From Candidatus Methylomirabilis oxygeniifera (GTDB lineage Bacteria; Methylomirabilota; Methylomirabilia; Methylomirabilales; Methylomirabilaceae): DNA of 32,000 nucleotides. Positions 16,075 through 24,221 of this stretch are shown here, piece after piece (within the stretch, counting starts at the first letter, position 1; each line of letters begins with the position of its first letter). Made by a program: the position numbers and the translations under genes. The notes under the pieces were generated by a model that saw nothing but the letters and a program-made list of their open reading frames with translations, was not told where the DNA came from and made no database searches. The stretch lies in the NCBI GenBank assembly GCA_000091165.1, contig FP565575.1, positions 1,590,001-1,622,000 on the forward strand, read 5' to 3'.

Positions 16075-18109
16075 GGATCTTCCCTCCTTCAGATGAAGCC
16101 GGCACGGCAACCCTCAGAGCCGGCTTGAGTTCCTCTTGAATCGCGGCCGCGAATTGATCGATCGGCATCACGCCCATATCTCGCCCGCCGCGCCCTCGCA
16201 CCGAGACAGCGCCTGAAGTCGCTTCTTTTTCCCCTACTACAAGGATATAGGGGGTTTTCTGCATCTCCGCATCTCGAATCTTGTAGCCGACCTTTTCGTT
16301 CCGTACATCCGTTTCCGTACGTATCCCTGCAGCCCTGAGTTGCTCGGAGACCTGCTGGGCGTACGGCTGGAAACGATCCGCCACCGGCACCAGTCGCGCC
16401 TGTACCGGCGCAAGCCAGGTCGGGAAGGCGCCTGCATGATGTTCGACCAATACCCCGAAAAACCGCTCCAACGATCCAAGAATTGCGCGGTGGACCATGA
16501 AGGGTCGATGCGGTCGATTGTCCTCCCCGACATAGGTGATGTCGAAGCGTTCCGGCAGGTTAAAATCGAACTGGACTGTCGTGCACTGCCAGGCGCGGCC
16601 CAAGGCGTCTCTCACCTTAAGATCGATTTTCGGACCATAGAAGGCACCGCCCCCGTCGTCAATCTGATAGGCGAGGCCGGCATCGTCGGCCGCCCGGCGC
16701 AACGCCTCGGTCGCATCGTTCCAGAGTTCCTGATCCCCGATCGCCTTCTCCGGTCGCGTAGCGATATAGGCGTCGTACCGATCAAAACCAAAGCTGCTCA
16801 GAAAGGCCAGGCTGAAACTGACAGCACGGGCTACCTCGCTCACCATCTGCTGCGGCGTGCAGAAGATGTGCGCGTCATCCTGCGTAAACCCTCGAACGCG
16901 AAGGAGCCCATGCAGGACTCCGGCGCGCTCGAAGCGATAGACCGTTCCCAGTTCGGCGAACCGTACCGGCAGCTCCCGGTAGCTGTGGACCTTGGACTGA
17001 AATAGTTTGATATGGAAGGGACAGTTCATCGGCTTGACATAATAGTCATTCCCTTCCATCTCCATTCTCGGATACATGAACTCCTGATAAAAGTCAAGAT
17101 GCCCGCTGGTCTCCCACAACGTCGCCCGGCCGACGTGCGGGGTATAGACGAGATCATAGCCGTTCTTCAGATGCTGCTCGCGCCACAGATCCTCAATCAG
17201 CTTCCGGACCAACGCCCCTTTCGGATGCCACAGGACGAGCCCACCGCCGATCTCATCATGCACGCTGAAGAGCTCCAACTCACGGCCCAGACGCCGATGG
17301 TCGCGACGCTTCGCCTCCTCCAGAAGAAACAGGTGCGCCTCAAGCGCCTCCTGCGTTGGAAAGGCGATCCCGTAGATTCGGGTCAGCATCGGTCGCCGCT
17401 CATCGCCCCGCCAGTAGGCGCCGGCCAAATGGGTCAGTCTGAAAAACCGAACCACCGACGTATCCAGGACGTGGGGACCGCGGCAGAGATCGATGAAATC
17501 GCCGGTCGTGTAGAAGCTGGCCCGCTGCGCTGCCGGGTCTACCTCGTGCTCCAGCTCGTCCTCCTGGACGGGTCCGGATGGAGCCGTCACCCGGTCTCGA
17601 ATAGTCTCCAGGAGTTCAATCTTATACGGCTGGTTCAGCGCCGCCACCTTCGCAATCGCCTCGTCCAGCGGTACCTCGCATCTGACGAACGGCAGCCGCT
17701 GCTCCGAGAGCTCGCGCATCGCGGCCTCAATGGCCGGCAGATCGTCCTGGGTCAGTGGGCGAGGCGGCTCAATGTCATAGTAAAAACCATCCTGGATAGC
17801 AGGACCGATGGCAAATTTTGAGCTGGGCAGAAGCTTCTGCACAGCGGCCGCCATCAGGTGGGCGGCGCTGTGCCTGAGCATCGACAGGCCTTCCGGCGAC
17901 GTGATGCCGATTAACTCGACGCGAGCGTCTTCCTCGATGGGACTACAGAGGTCTACGAGACGTCCGTTGACGTTCGCGCCGATCGCTTCCTTCTTGGCTG
18001 CCGGATCCACGGCCTCCAGCACTGCCAGCACTGTCACACCCGAAGAGAATTCATGTCGTCGTCCGTCGTCCAGGGTGACAACAATCGATTGGGTTCGGGT
18101 CTCACTCAC
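16067..18109 (-). CDS. thrS: Threonine--tRNA ligase
   Basis: 680 aa with an N-terminal TGS-like domain, editing domain, class II core (..RGFTQDDAHIF..) and anticodon-binding domain. GTG start at 18109. Confidence 0.95.
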   Translation of the reverse strand: MSETRTQSIVVTLDDGRRHEFSSGVTVLAVLEAVDPAAKKEAIGANVNGRLVDLCSPIEEDARVELIGITSPEGLSMLRHSAAHLMAAAVQKLLPSSKFAIGPAIQDGFYYDIEPPRPLTQDDLPAIEAAMRELSEQRLPFVRCEVPLDEAIAKVAALNQPYKIELLETIRDRVTAPSGPVQEDELEHEVDPAAQRASFYTTGDFIDLCRGPHVLDTSVVRFFRLTHLAGAYWRGDERRPMLTRIYGIAFPTQEALEAHLFLLEEAKRRDHRRLGRELELFSVHDEIGGGLVLWHPKGALVRKLIEDLWREQHLKNGYDLVYTPHVGRATLWETSGHLDFYQEFMYPRMEMEGNDYYVKPMNCPFHIKLFQSKVHSYRELPVRFAELGTVYRFERAGVLHGLLRVRGFTQDDAHIFCTPQQMVSEVARAVSFSLAFLSSFGFDRYDAYIATRPEKAIGDQELWNDATEALRRAADDAGLAYQIDDGGGAFYGPKIDLKVRDALGRAWQCTTVQFDFNLPERFDITYVGEDNRPHRPFMVHRAILGSLERFFGVLVEHHAGAFPTWLAPVQARLVPVADRFQPYAQQVSEQLRAAGIRTETDVRNEKVGYKIRDAEMQKTPYILVVGEKEATSGAVSVRGRGGRDMGVMPIDQFAAAIQEELKPALRVAVPASSEGGKIHQ

Positions 18110-18238
18110 GCTCTATCTCTGCCGTTGAGCACAGAAGGGCACCAGTAACGATAAGATGCCCTTTTCTGCTTAGGTGATTCTACCCGGGACAACAACCTGT
18201 CCGCGTACCACGCATAGGTCGCCGGGTGCTGCAAGCAA

Positions 18239-18313
18239 TGGTAGGCGCGGGCGGTCTTGAACCGCCGACCTCTTGCGTGTCAAGCAAGCGCTCTCCCCCT
18301 GAGCTACGCGCCT
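18239..18313 (-). tRNA. tRNA-Val(GAC): tRNA-Val, anticodon GAC, with encoded CCA
   Basis: The reverse complement reads AGGCGCG-TA-GCTC-AGGGGGA-GAGC-G-CTTGC-TTGACAC-GCAAG-AGGTC-GGCGG-TTCAAGA-CCGCC-CGCGCCT-A-CCA. This gives a 7-bp acceptor stem, canonical arms and the anticodon loop TT-GAC-AC. Confidence 0.93.
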
Positions 18314-18434
18314 AAATATCCTCACCGCCTTCGCGGTCAACGACGCATATCTTCAATCACTTAGGCCCATCCTGTCAAGGGAAAAGGCGATCTTCCTCAC
18401 CCATCCCGGGTAAGCGACCCTGCACGCCGGACCG

Positions 18435-19817
18435 CTATGGGAGCTTGATCCCATATTTCTTCATCAGGCGATGGACTGTCTTTCGGTCCACACAGGCAGC
18501 CTTTGCGGCTTGCGAGATATTGCCGTCATGCCGCTTGAGGAGCCGGACCAGATAGTCCCGCTCAAATGAGCCGGCCCACACCTCTTTTGCCCGCTTGAGC
18601 GGCAGTTCATTCGGCGACACCAGCAAGGCGGCTTCGGCCTTTATGCGGATCTGTTCCGGTAGATCCTGCGGCCGGACCAGCTCGTGTTCGGCCAGGACCA
18701 CCGCTCGCTCCATGACATTCTGAAGTTCGCGAACGTTCCCAGGCCAACTGTGCGCCTCCAGGAGCCGCATTGCCTCCGGCGTGACGCCTTTGACTTCCTT
18801 CTCGCTGCCGGCTGCATATTTTGTCAGGTAGTGATGCGCAATCAACTGAATATCTCCCGCACGATCGCGCAGGGGCGGCAGCGGAAGCGAGATGACGTTC
18901 AGGCGATAATAGAGGTCTTCCCGAAATCTGCCCATGGCGACGGCCTGAGCCAGGTCGTGGTTGGTGGCCGAGATGACGCGCACGTCCACCTCGATCATTC
19001 GGTTTGAGCCGACCCGTCGCACCTGACGTTCCTGCAGGACTCTCAGCAGCTTCGCCTGAAGATTCAGGCTGATGTCGCCCACTTCATCCAGGAAGATGGT
19101 CCCACCGCTGGCAAATTCAAACAGCCCGGGACGAGTCGCCTGCGCTCCCGTGAACGCGCCCTTCTCGTGTCCGAACAGTTCACTCTCCAACAGGTTCTCC
19201 GGAAGCGAGACGCAATCAACGGGGATGAACGGACCGGTCGCCCGACGGCTGTTGACATGGAGACTCCTGGCGATCAGCTCTTTGCCGGTCCCGGTCTCAC
19301 CGATGATCAGGATGTTGGCCTCGCTCTTCGCCACCTTCTTGATGGTCTCAAAGACCTGGAGCATCGGCAGGCTCCTGCCGATGATATTGTCGAACCGATG
19401 GGTCTCGGTCAGTTGCTCCAGAAGTCGCCGGTTCTCTTCCCGCAAACGACGCCGGTCCATCGCCCGCTCGACACAGACCCTGAGTTGATCAGCCGAAAAC
19501 GGCTTGGGCAGATAATCGAATGCGCCTTCTTTGATCGCTTCGACGGCGGTCTCGATCGTGGCAAAGGCGGTGATCAGGATTACGGTCGCTTCGGGATCGA
19601 TTGCCCGAATCGCCTGGAGGACGCCCAGGCCGTCAAGGCCCGGCATGCGAAGATCGGTGAGCACCAAATCCGGCCTTTCCCGCTCGTACAGCGTGGCTGC
19701 CTTGCCGCTCTCGGCCTCGGTCATCGCCTCGTAGCCAAAGCGAGTGAGCAGCCTGGCGCAGTTTTCGAGCATGTCCACTTCGTCATCGATCACCAGTACT
19801 CGGCCTAGCTTCGGCAT
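18435..19817 (-). CDS. Sigma-54-dependent response regulator (REC + AAA+ + Fis-type HTH; NtrC family)
   Basis: RVLVIDDE..LVLTDLRMPG (receiver), GETGTGKE, GAFTGA, GGTIFLDEV and the C-terminal HTH ISQAAKAACVDRKTVHRLMKKYGI. The ATG at 19817 has GAAGGGA upstream. The GTG at 19841 would overlap the kinase stop. Confidence 0.9.
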   Translation of the reverse strand: MPKLGRVLVIDDEVDMLENCARLLTRFGYEAMTEAESGKAATLYERERPDLVLTDLRMPGLDGLGVLQAIRAIDPEATVILITAFATIETAVEAIKEGAFDYLPKPFSADQLRVCVERAMDRRRLREENRRLLEQLTETHRFDNIIGRSLPMLQVFETIKKVAKSEANILIIGETGTGKELIARSLHVNSRRATGPFIPVDCVSLPENLLESELFGHEKGAFTGAQATRPGLFEFASGGTIFLDEVGDISLNLQAKLLRVLQERQVRRVGSNRMIEVDVRVISATNHDLAQAVAMGRFREDLYYRLNVISLPLPPLRDRAGDIQLIAHHYLTKYAAGSEKEVKGVTPEAMRLLEAHSWPGNVRELQNVMERAVVLAEHELVRPQDLPEQIRIKAEAALLVSPNELPLKRAKEVWAGSFERDYLVRLLKRHDGNISQAAKAACVDRKTVHRLMKKYGIKLP

Positions 19818-19837
19818 CCTGTCCCTTCTCTCATCTT

Positions 19838-21163
19838 TCACGCGTCCTCCGCCGGCAACGTCATGACAAAGGTGGTCCCATTCCCGGCCTCGCTCCGGAC
19901 GTCCAGCCGCCCCCCATGCTCTTTGACGATTCCATAACTGATCGACAGGCCCAGCCCTGTACCGTTCTGCTTCGTGGTGAAGAATGGGTCAAAGATCTGC
20001 TGGACAAGCATCTCGGGAACCCCATCCCCGGTATCGGCGACCAGGATTTGGACAGTTCTGTCGTCTGCTCCTAAGCGGCTCTCCACACGGAGGCGGCCGC
20101 CGGCAGTCATCGCCTCGCGAGCATTGGTGAACAGATTCAGCAATACCTCCTCCAGTTGGCTGACGTTTCCCTTCACCTTCGGCAGCGAAGGCGCGAGGCG
20201 CCGTTCCAGAACGATCTGCTCTTTTTCAAGCTGTCGCTCGATCAGCAGCAGGCTCTCCTCGATCACTCCATTCATGTCCAAGGACAGCCGTTGTCCGGTA
20301 GCAGGCCGGGAGAAGGACAGCAGCCCTCGCGCCACGCGGGCTGCCCGCTGGGCGTGCTTCTCGATCACCTTCAGGTCATCAATGAACTGCTTCGGAATCT
20401 CTGTCTCCTGCGCATCCATCAAGGCCAACTCTACACGGGAAGTGATGATCCCAAGCGGGTTATTGATCTCGTGTGCGAGACCCGCTGACAGCGTCCCAAG
20501 GGCGCTCAACTTCTCGACCTGGCGCACTTGCCGCTCCAGGGCAACGCGCCTGGTCACGTCCTCCTTCAACTCGCGATTGACGGCTTCCAACTCGCGTCGA
20601 GCCCGCCGCTCCCGCTCGGAAAGGATGACAAGAGGCGCCACCACCAAGATCATAAAGCCCAACCGTAGAGAGACGATGCTCGCGGAGGTCGGTTGCCAGG
20701 AAGGCCAGATAACCATCACATACAGAAGCGAGGACGAGACCAGCACTCCGACGCCGCGCCGGAAGCCATAATAGTAGGCCTGGAGAGCGGCGATCAAATA
20801 GAGCGCCAGAAAAAATGGACTCTCGACTCCGCCGGTCAGCCGAATCAGGGCCAGGGAAAAACCCAGATCGATCATCAGGACCAGGAGGTTGAGTCGCTTC
20901 ATCCGCTCCTGGTGAGCCACAATCCAGGCATAGAGCAGGATACAGTACAGCGTGAAGGCGTGTAGAAGGAGGGTGACCGCACTTCGCTGGAGCTGGGGAA
21001 AAGGAGTCAGCAGGAGCCACCCATACCCCCCGATGATGGCCGCAACCCTGAGGGCCACAAAATCGTACATCGGAGACTGGCGATGTCCCCGTGTCAGGAG
21101 AGCCAGGATATTGTCGTCGCTTTTCGTTGACACTTTCTCTGTTGCCTCGACACCATTACTCAT
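19838..21163 (-). CDS. Sensor histidine kinase with a multi-pass membrane N-terminal domain
   Basis: About 5-6 hydrophobic helices, then H-box LSAGLAHEINNPLG, N-box LLNLFTNAREAM and G-boxes DTGDGV and GTGLGLSISYGIV. Confidence 0.9.
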   Translation of the reverse strand: MSNGVEATEKVSTKSDDNILALLTRGHRQSPMYDFVALRVAAIIGGYGWLLLTPFPQLQRSAVTLLLHAFTLYCILLYAWIVAHQERMKRLNLLVLMIDLGFSLALIRLTGGVESPFFLALYLIAALQAYYYGFRRGVGVLVSSSLLYVMVIWPSWQPTSASIVSLRLGFMILVVAPLVILSERERRARRELEAVNRELKEDVTRRVALERQVRQVEKLSALGTLSAGLAHEINNPLGIITSRVELALMDAQETEIPKQFIDDLKVIEKHAQRAARVARGLLSFSRPATGQRLSLDMNGVIEESLLLIERQLEKEQIVLERRLAPSLPKVKGNVSQLEEVLLNLFTNAREAMTAGGRLRVESRLGADDRTVQILVADTGDGVPEMLVQQIFDPFFTTKQNGTGLGLSISYGIVKEHGGRLDVRSEAGNGTTFVMTLPAEDA

Positions 21164-21231
21164 ATCATAATTTCACCTATTCAATTTTAACTATTTTAGT
21201 CTGCCCGGAGAACGCGGGTCAACCCCCGTAG

Positions 21232-21254
21232 CATTCCTCTGTCATCAGAGAATG
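21232..21254. promoter_or_regulatory. Imperfect inverted repeat upstream of candidate sigma-54 promoter P1
   Basis: CATTC(C)TCTG-tcat-CAGAGAATG. Its centre lies about 41 bp upstream of the -24 GG. Confidence 0.3.
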
Positions 21255-21282
21255 AGATCCGTTCCATCCCGCTGCCCCCACC

Positions 21283-21298
21283 TGGCCCAAGAGTTGCT
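21283..21298 (+). promoter_or_regulatory. Candidate sigma-54 (-24/-12) promoter P1
   Basis: TGGCCCaagagTTGCT compared with consensus TGGCAC-N5-TTGCW. GG at 21284-21285 and GC at 21296-21297 give exact GG-N10-GC spacing. It points at the ferredoxin-bEBP gene. Confidence 0.5.
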
Positions 21299-21383
21299 AG
21301 CGAGAAGAGGGGCAGGCGTGAGCCCCCCGATGCCGTCCGGCGTGCCCGCCGGACGGCAGGGGACCCCCCAGGAGTCCACGAGG

Positions 21384-23054
21384 ATGACGCGGATGCGCAA
21401 GGTCCGGTTTGAACCGCTGGGCATCACCATCGAGTGTGACGACACCGAGTCGGTCCTGCAGGTCGCCCTGCGCCAGGGCCTGCGCCTGGTCGATTACCGC
21501 TGCGCGGACGGCGAGTGCGGGGGCTGTAAGGCCCGCCTCCGCAGCGGCCAGGCCCACCTGGTCGCGCCGCCGGATCACGTGCTCTCCGCCAGCGAGCAGG
21601 CCCAGGGCCACGTCCTGCTCTGCCGCACCCACGTCCAAAGCGATCTGGTGATCGAGCTCTTAGCCGGCTCGCTCCTCGCCCCGCCGTTGCCCGACGTCCC
21701 GCCGGCGCGCGCTGCCGAGGCGCTGCTGGGGCCGCTCACCGCCGCCGCGGAGTTGCTCAGCGACGGCCTGCTGGTGCTGGATCCGCAGGGGCAGGTGCTG
21801 CTGTGCAATCGGGCCGCCGCGCACCTGCTGCAGCTCGACCCCGCCCGGCCCTCCGTCGCGGCGATCCCGGAGCTGGCCGAGGTCGGCCGCACCCTGCTGA
21901 CCCGTGCCCCCTCCAGCCCCCAGGAGGTCAAGGTCTACTGCGGGCGCAGCGGCCGGCTCCTTACGGCCTGGGGCCTGGCGCTCCGGCACGGCTCGCAGGT
22001 GGTCGCCGCCGCCGTGCTCTTTCCGACCGCCCGACTGGAGCCGCCCGTCCCCCGCAAGCCCAAGGCGATCGTGGTGGGGGCCAAGTACACCTTTGCCGAT
22101 CTGGTGGGGCAGTCCGCCGCCTTCCGCAACGCGACCAAGATCGGCCTCATCGCCGCCGGCAACACCCTCTCCGTCCTCATCACCGGGGAATCGGGGACCG
22201 GGAAAGAGATGCTCGCGCATGCGATCCACGCCAGCTCCCCCCGCGCCCCCAAGCCGTTCATCGCGGTCAACTGCGGTGCCATCCCCCGGGAGCTGATCGA
22301 GTCTGAGCTGTTCGGCTATGAAGACGGCACCTTTACCGGCGCGCGCAAAGGCGGCCGGTCGGGCCGGTTCGAAGAGGCCCAGGGCGGCACCCTCTTCCTC
22401 GATGAGGTCAGCGAGTGCTCGCCCAGCACCCAGGTGGCGCTCCTGCGGGTGCTGGAGCAGCAGGAGCTCACCCGACTAGGGAGCGGCCAGCCGGTCCCCC
22501 TCGATGTCCGCATCATCGCCGCGACCAATAAAGACCTGCTCAAAGAGGTGGCCAAGGGGCTGTTTCGGGAGGACCTGTACTACCGGCTCAATGTCATTTC
22601 GATCCACCTGCCGCCCTTGCGGGAGCGGCGGGAGGATATCCCCCTGCTGGCGGCCTCCTTCCTGGCCGATGTCGCCGCCGCCTTGCACTGCCCGGACCTG
22701 CGCTTTACGGAGGAGGCGCTGCGCGCGCTCGCGCTCACCCCGTATCCGTGGCCCGGCAATGTCCGGGAGCTGCGCAATGTCCTGCAGCAGGTGGGCGTGC
22801 TCCTGCCGCGGCCCGAGATCCGCTGGGACGACTTTCCCGAGGCGATTCGCACCCTGCGCGGGGAGGCCTCCGAGCGGCCGGAGCCCGGCGGCTGGCTCGC
22901 GCAGACCGAACGGCAGCTCATCTGTCAGATCGTCCAGCAATGTGCGGGGAATTTGTCGCAGGCCGCGGCCCAGCTCGGCATCTCCCGCAGTACGCTGTAT
23001 CGCAAACTGGAGCAGTTTGGTCTGAAACGACAGACGCAGATTGACTCAGTCTGA
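21384..23054 (+). CDS. Sigma-54 enhancer-binding protein with an N-terminal plant-type 2Fe-2S ferredoxin domain and a PAS-like domain
   Basis: VRFEPLGITIECDDTESVLQVALRQGLRLVDYRCADGECGGCKARL..GHVLLCRT gives C-x4-C-x2-C-x31-C spacing. The PAS-like segment is AELLSDGLLVLDPQGQVLLCNRAAAHLL. AAA+ motifs are GESGTGKE, GTFTGA and GGTLFLDEV. The HTH is LSQAAAQLGISRSTLYRKLEQFGL. I chose the ATG at 21384 (AGGAG 9 nt upstream). The ORF-track ATG at 21252 lies upstream of the putative promoter. Confidence 0.85.
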   Translation: MTRMRKVRFEPLGITIECDDTESVLQVALRQGLRLVDYRCADGECGGCKARLRSGQAHLVAPPDHVLSASEQAQGHVLLCRTHVQSDLVIELLAGSLLAPPLPDVPPARAAEALLGPLTAAAELLSDGLLVLDPQGQVLLCNRAAAHLLQLDPARPSVAAIPELAEVGRTLLTRAPSSPQEVKVYCGRSGRLLTAWGLALRHGSQVVAAAVLFPTARLEPPVPRKPKAIVVGAKYTFADLVGQSAAFRNATKIGLIAAGNTLSVLITGESGTGKEMLAHAIHASSPRAPKPFIAVNCGAIPRELIESELFGYEDGTFTGARKGGRSGRFEEAQGGTLFLDEVSECSPSTQVALLRVLEQQELTRLGSGQPVPLDVRIIAATNKDLLKEVAKGLFREDLYYRLNVISIHLPPLRERREDIPLLAASFLADVAAALHCPDLRFTEEALRALALTPYPWPGNVRELRNVLQQVGVLLPRPEIRWDDFPEAIRTLRGEASERPEPGGWLAQTERQLICQIVQQCAGNLSQAAAQLGISRSTLYRKLEQFGLKRQTQIDSV

Positions 23055-23120
23055 GACAGCTGTGGTGGGACAGCTGTCGCAGGGTGGGGCGAATTGGACT
23101 CGACGCTCTTATCACCCGTG

Positions 23121-23149
23121 TTACAGCGGGCAGCCCGCACAATTATAAT
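23121..23149 (+). promoter_or_regulatory. Candidate sigma-70 promoter for the outer-membrane protein gene
   Basis: TTACAG (23121-23126), 17 nt, then a perfect TATAAT (23144-23149), in an AT-rich spacer. Confidence 0.5.
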
Positions 23150-23218
23150 TAAAGGTTAGTGGATCAATGGAGCTTCACGACCGAGGGAACCATCACATCT
23201 TACCAAGGGGGGTGAATA

Positions 23219-24118
23219 GTGAAAATCTTAGGGACACATGTGGGCAAGACGGGCTGGACTGCGGTCGCACTTTTATTGTTTATGCCATTGTTTTCTCTCT
23301 TCATAGGGAATGCGGAAGGACAAACTCGCAGTGAACTGAACCAACTGAAGCAGGAGTTACAAATGCTGCGAAACGAAGTTCAAACGAAGAACAATATGAT
23401 TAACCGGATGCAGCAGCGTTTAGAGGCACTCGAGACGAAGATGCAGGCGGAAGTTCCGCGTCCCGTGGAAGAGAAAATGACCGCTCTGAAGGAGGAGATG
23501 AAGACTGAGTTGGCCGCGAAGGCGGCAAGCTCCGGACTGTCTGGGGGGCAGGTCTTCTTTAAGGGTGGATTTGTCCGCATGGATCATCCGCGGAGCAATT
23601 CACTCTTGACGGCCCAAAGCGATTCCGGCGATAAAGACGGTTGGCAGGTCGGAGGCGGAGTGGACCTGCCTATAATGACGATCTTCAACAGTACGCTTCT
23701 TGGGGAAATCTATGTTGAATATATTCAGACCCAGAAGACGAAAGGTGATTCGCCTGTCGAGGTAGAACCGGGAGCCCCGGGAAAGAAGCTCGCGGAGAAG
23801 AGGGGATTGGAAAACATTCTGACCGTGGGTGTCGCCCCAAAAATCCGGTTCGACAACCTGGGCTCCATCCGACCCTGGCTGGCCCCCTATCGGCCCTGGA
23901 TTATGCCTGTCGGCCTGACCTTCAATGTAAATACCCCCGTCAATAAGGCCATTACCAACATCAGCGTGGGTGGAGTCAGCGGATTTGGCGCTGAACGGCT
24001 TTTCTGGAACAACCGGGTTAGTCTTGGCGTCGACTTCCGCTACTATTGGGGTCCTGATATCCCGGATGAAAACCTCCGACACTTTACCACTGGGGGCTAT
24101 GTCGGGCTCAATTTCTAA
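23219..24118 (+). CDS. Putative outer-membrane beta-barrel protein with signal peptide and N-terminal coiled coil
   Basis: Signal-like N-terminus (TAVALLLFMPLFSLFIGNAEG), about 70 aa of heptads (LNQLKQELQMLRNEVQ..LEALETKMQ), then alternating-hydrophobic strands ending in YVGLNF (terminal Phe). GTG start with AGGGGGGTG upstream. About 52% GC on sampled lines. Confidence 0.65.
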   Translation: MKILGTHVGKTGWTAVALLLFMPLFSLFIGNAEGQTRSELNQLKQELQMLRNEVQTKNNMINRMQQRLEALETKMQAEVPRPVEEKMTALKEEMKTELAAKAASSGLSGGQVFFKGGFVRMDHPRSNSLLTAQSDSGDKDGWQVGGGVDLPIMTIFNSTLLGEIYVEYIQTQKTKGDSPVEVEPGAPGKKLAEKRGLENILTVGVAPKIRFDNLGSIRPWLAPYRPWIMPVGLTFNVNTPVNKAITNISVGGVSGFGAERLFWNNRVSLGVDFRYYWGPDIPDENLRHFTTGGYVGLNF

Positions 24119-24126
24119 CAGAACAG

Positions 24127-24147
24127 TTGTCTCACCCGCTGAGACAA
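24127..24147 (+). terminator. Hairpin directly after the outer-membrane protein gene stop (no U-tract)
   Basis: TTGTCTCA-cccgc-TGAGACAA, starting 9 nt after the stop codon. Confidence 0.35.
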
Positions 24148-24181
24148 GACATGATGCAAAATGAGATTGATATGTGTGGTA

Positions 24182-24221
24182 GAGAAGGGGGAGGCCGTCT
24201 TGGGGACGCCTCCCCCTTCTC
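24182..24221. other. Strong hairpin: 14-bp perfect stem with a 12-nt loop
   Basis: GAGAAGGGGGAGGC (24182-24195) pairs with GCCTCCCCCTTCTC (24208-24221). No adjacent T-tract on either strand. Confidence 0.5.

Noticed and set aside
14147-17821. Long plus-strand ORFs (14147..14914, 15457..16128, 16340..17005, 17012..17821) opposite pheS, infC and thrS.
   Set aside because: They are antisense shadows of highly conserved genes and are rich in Arg, Leu and Pro without motifs.
18110-18238. A hairpin in the thrS leader (minus strand, CAGAAaaGGGCA..loop UCUUAUCGUUACUGG..UGCCCUUCUG) whose loop contains CGU. I considered it as a tRNA-Thr anticodon-arm mimic like the E. coli thrS operator.
   Set aside because: The loop does not reproduce the U-turn context (CU-NGU-AA). 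The hairpin is 26 nt from the start codon. The E. coli mechanism is lineage-restricted. There is not enough evidence.
23055-23077. Direct repeat GACAGCTGT twice at a 14-bp period immediately after the bEBP stop, considered as tandem operator sites.
   Set aside because: ACAGCTGT is self-complementary, so the two copies simply form an 8-bp hairpin with a 6-nt loop. A plain transcript-end structure explains it equally well, and there is no U-tract, so even that is weak.
21297-23142. Many long overlapping ORFs on both strands inside the ferredoxin-bEBP gene (for example 21660..22229 minus, 21803..22306 plus, 22476..22940 minus, 22504..23025 plus).
   Set aside because: They are Arg/Pro/Ala/Gly-rich and lack domains. 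Their abundance is the expected artefact of about 69% GC. Only the 21384..23054 frame carries recognisable motifs.
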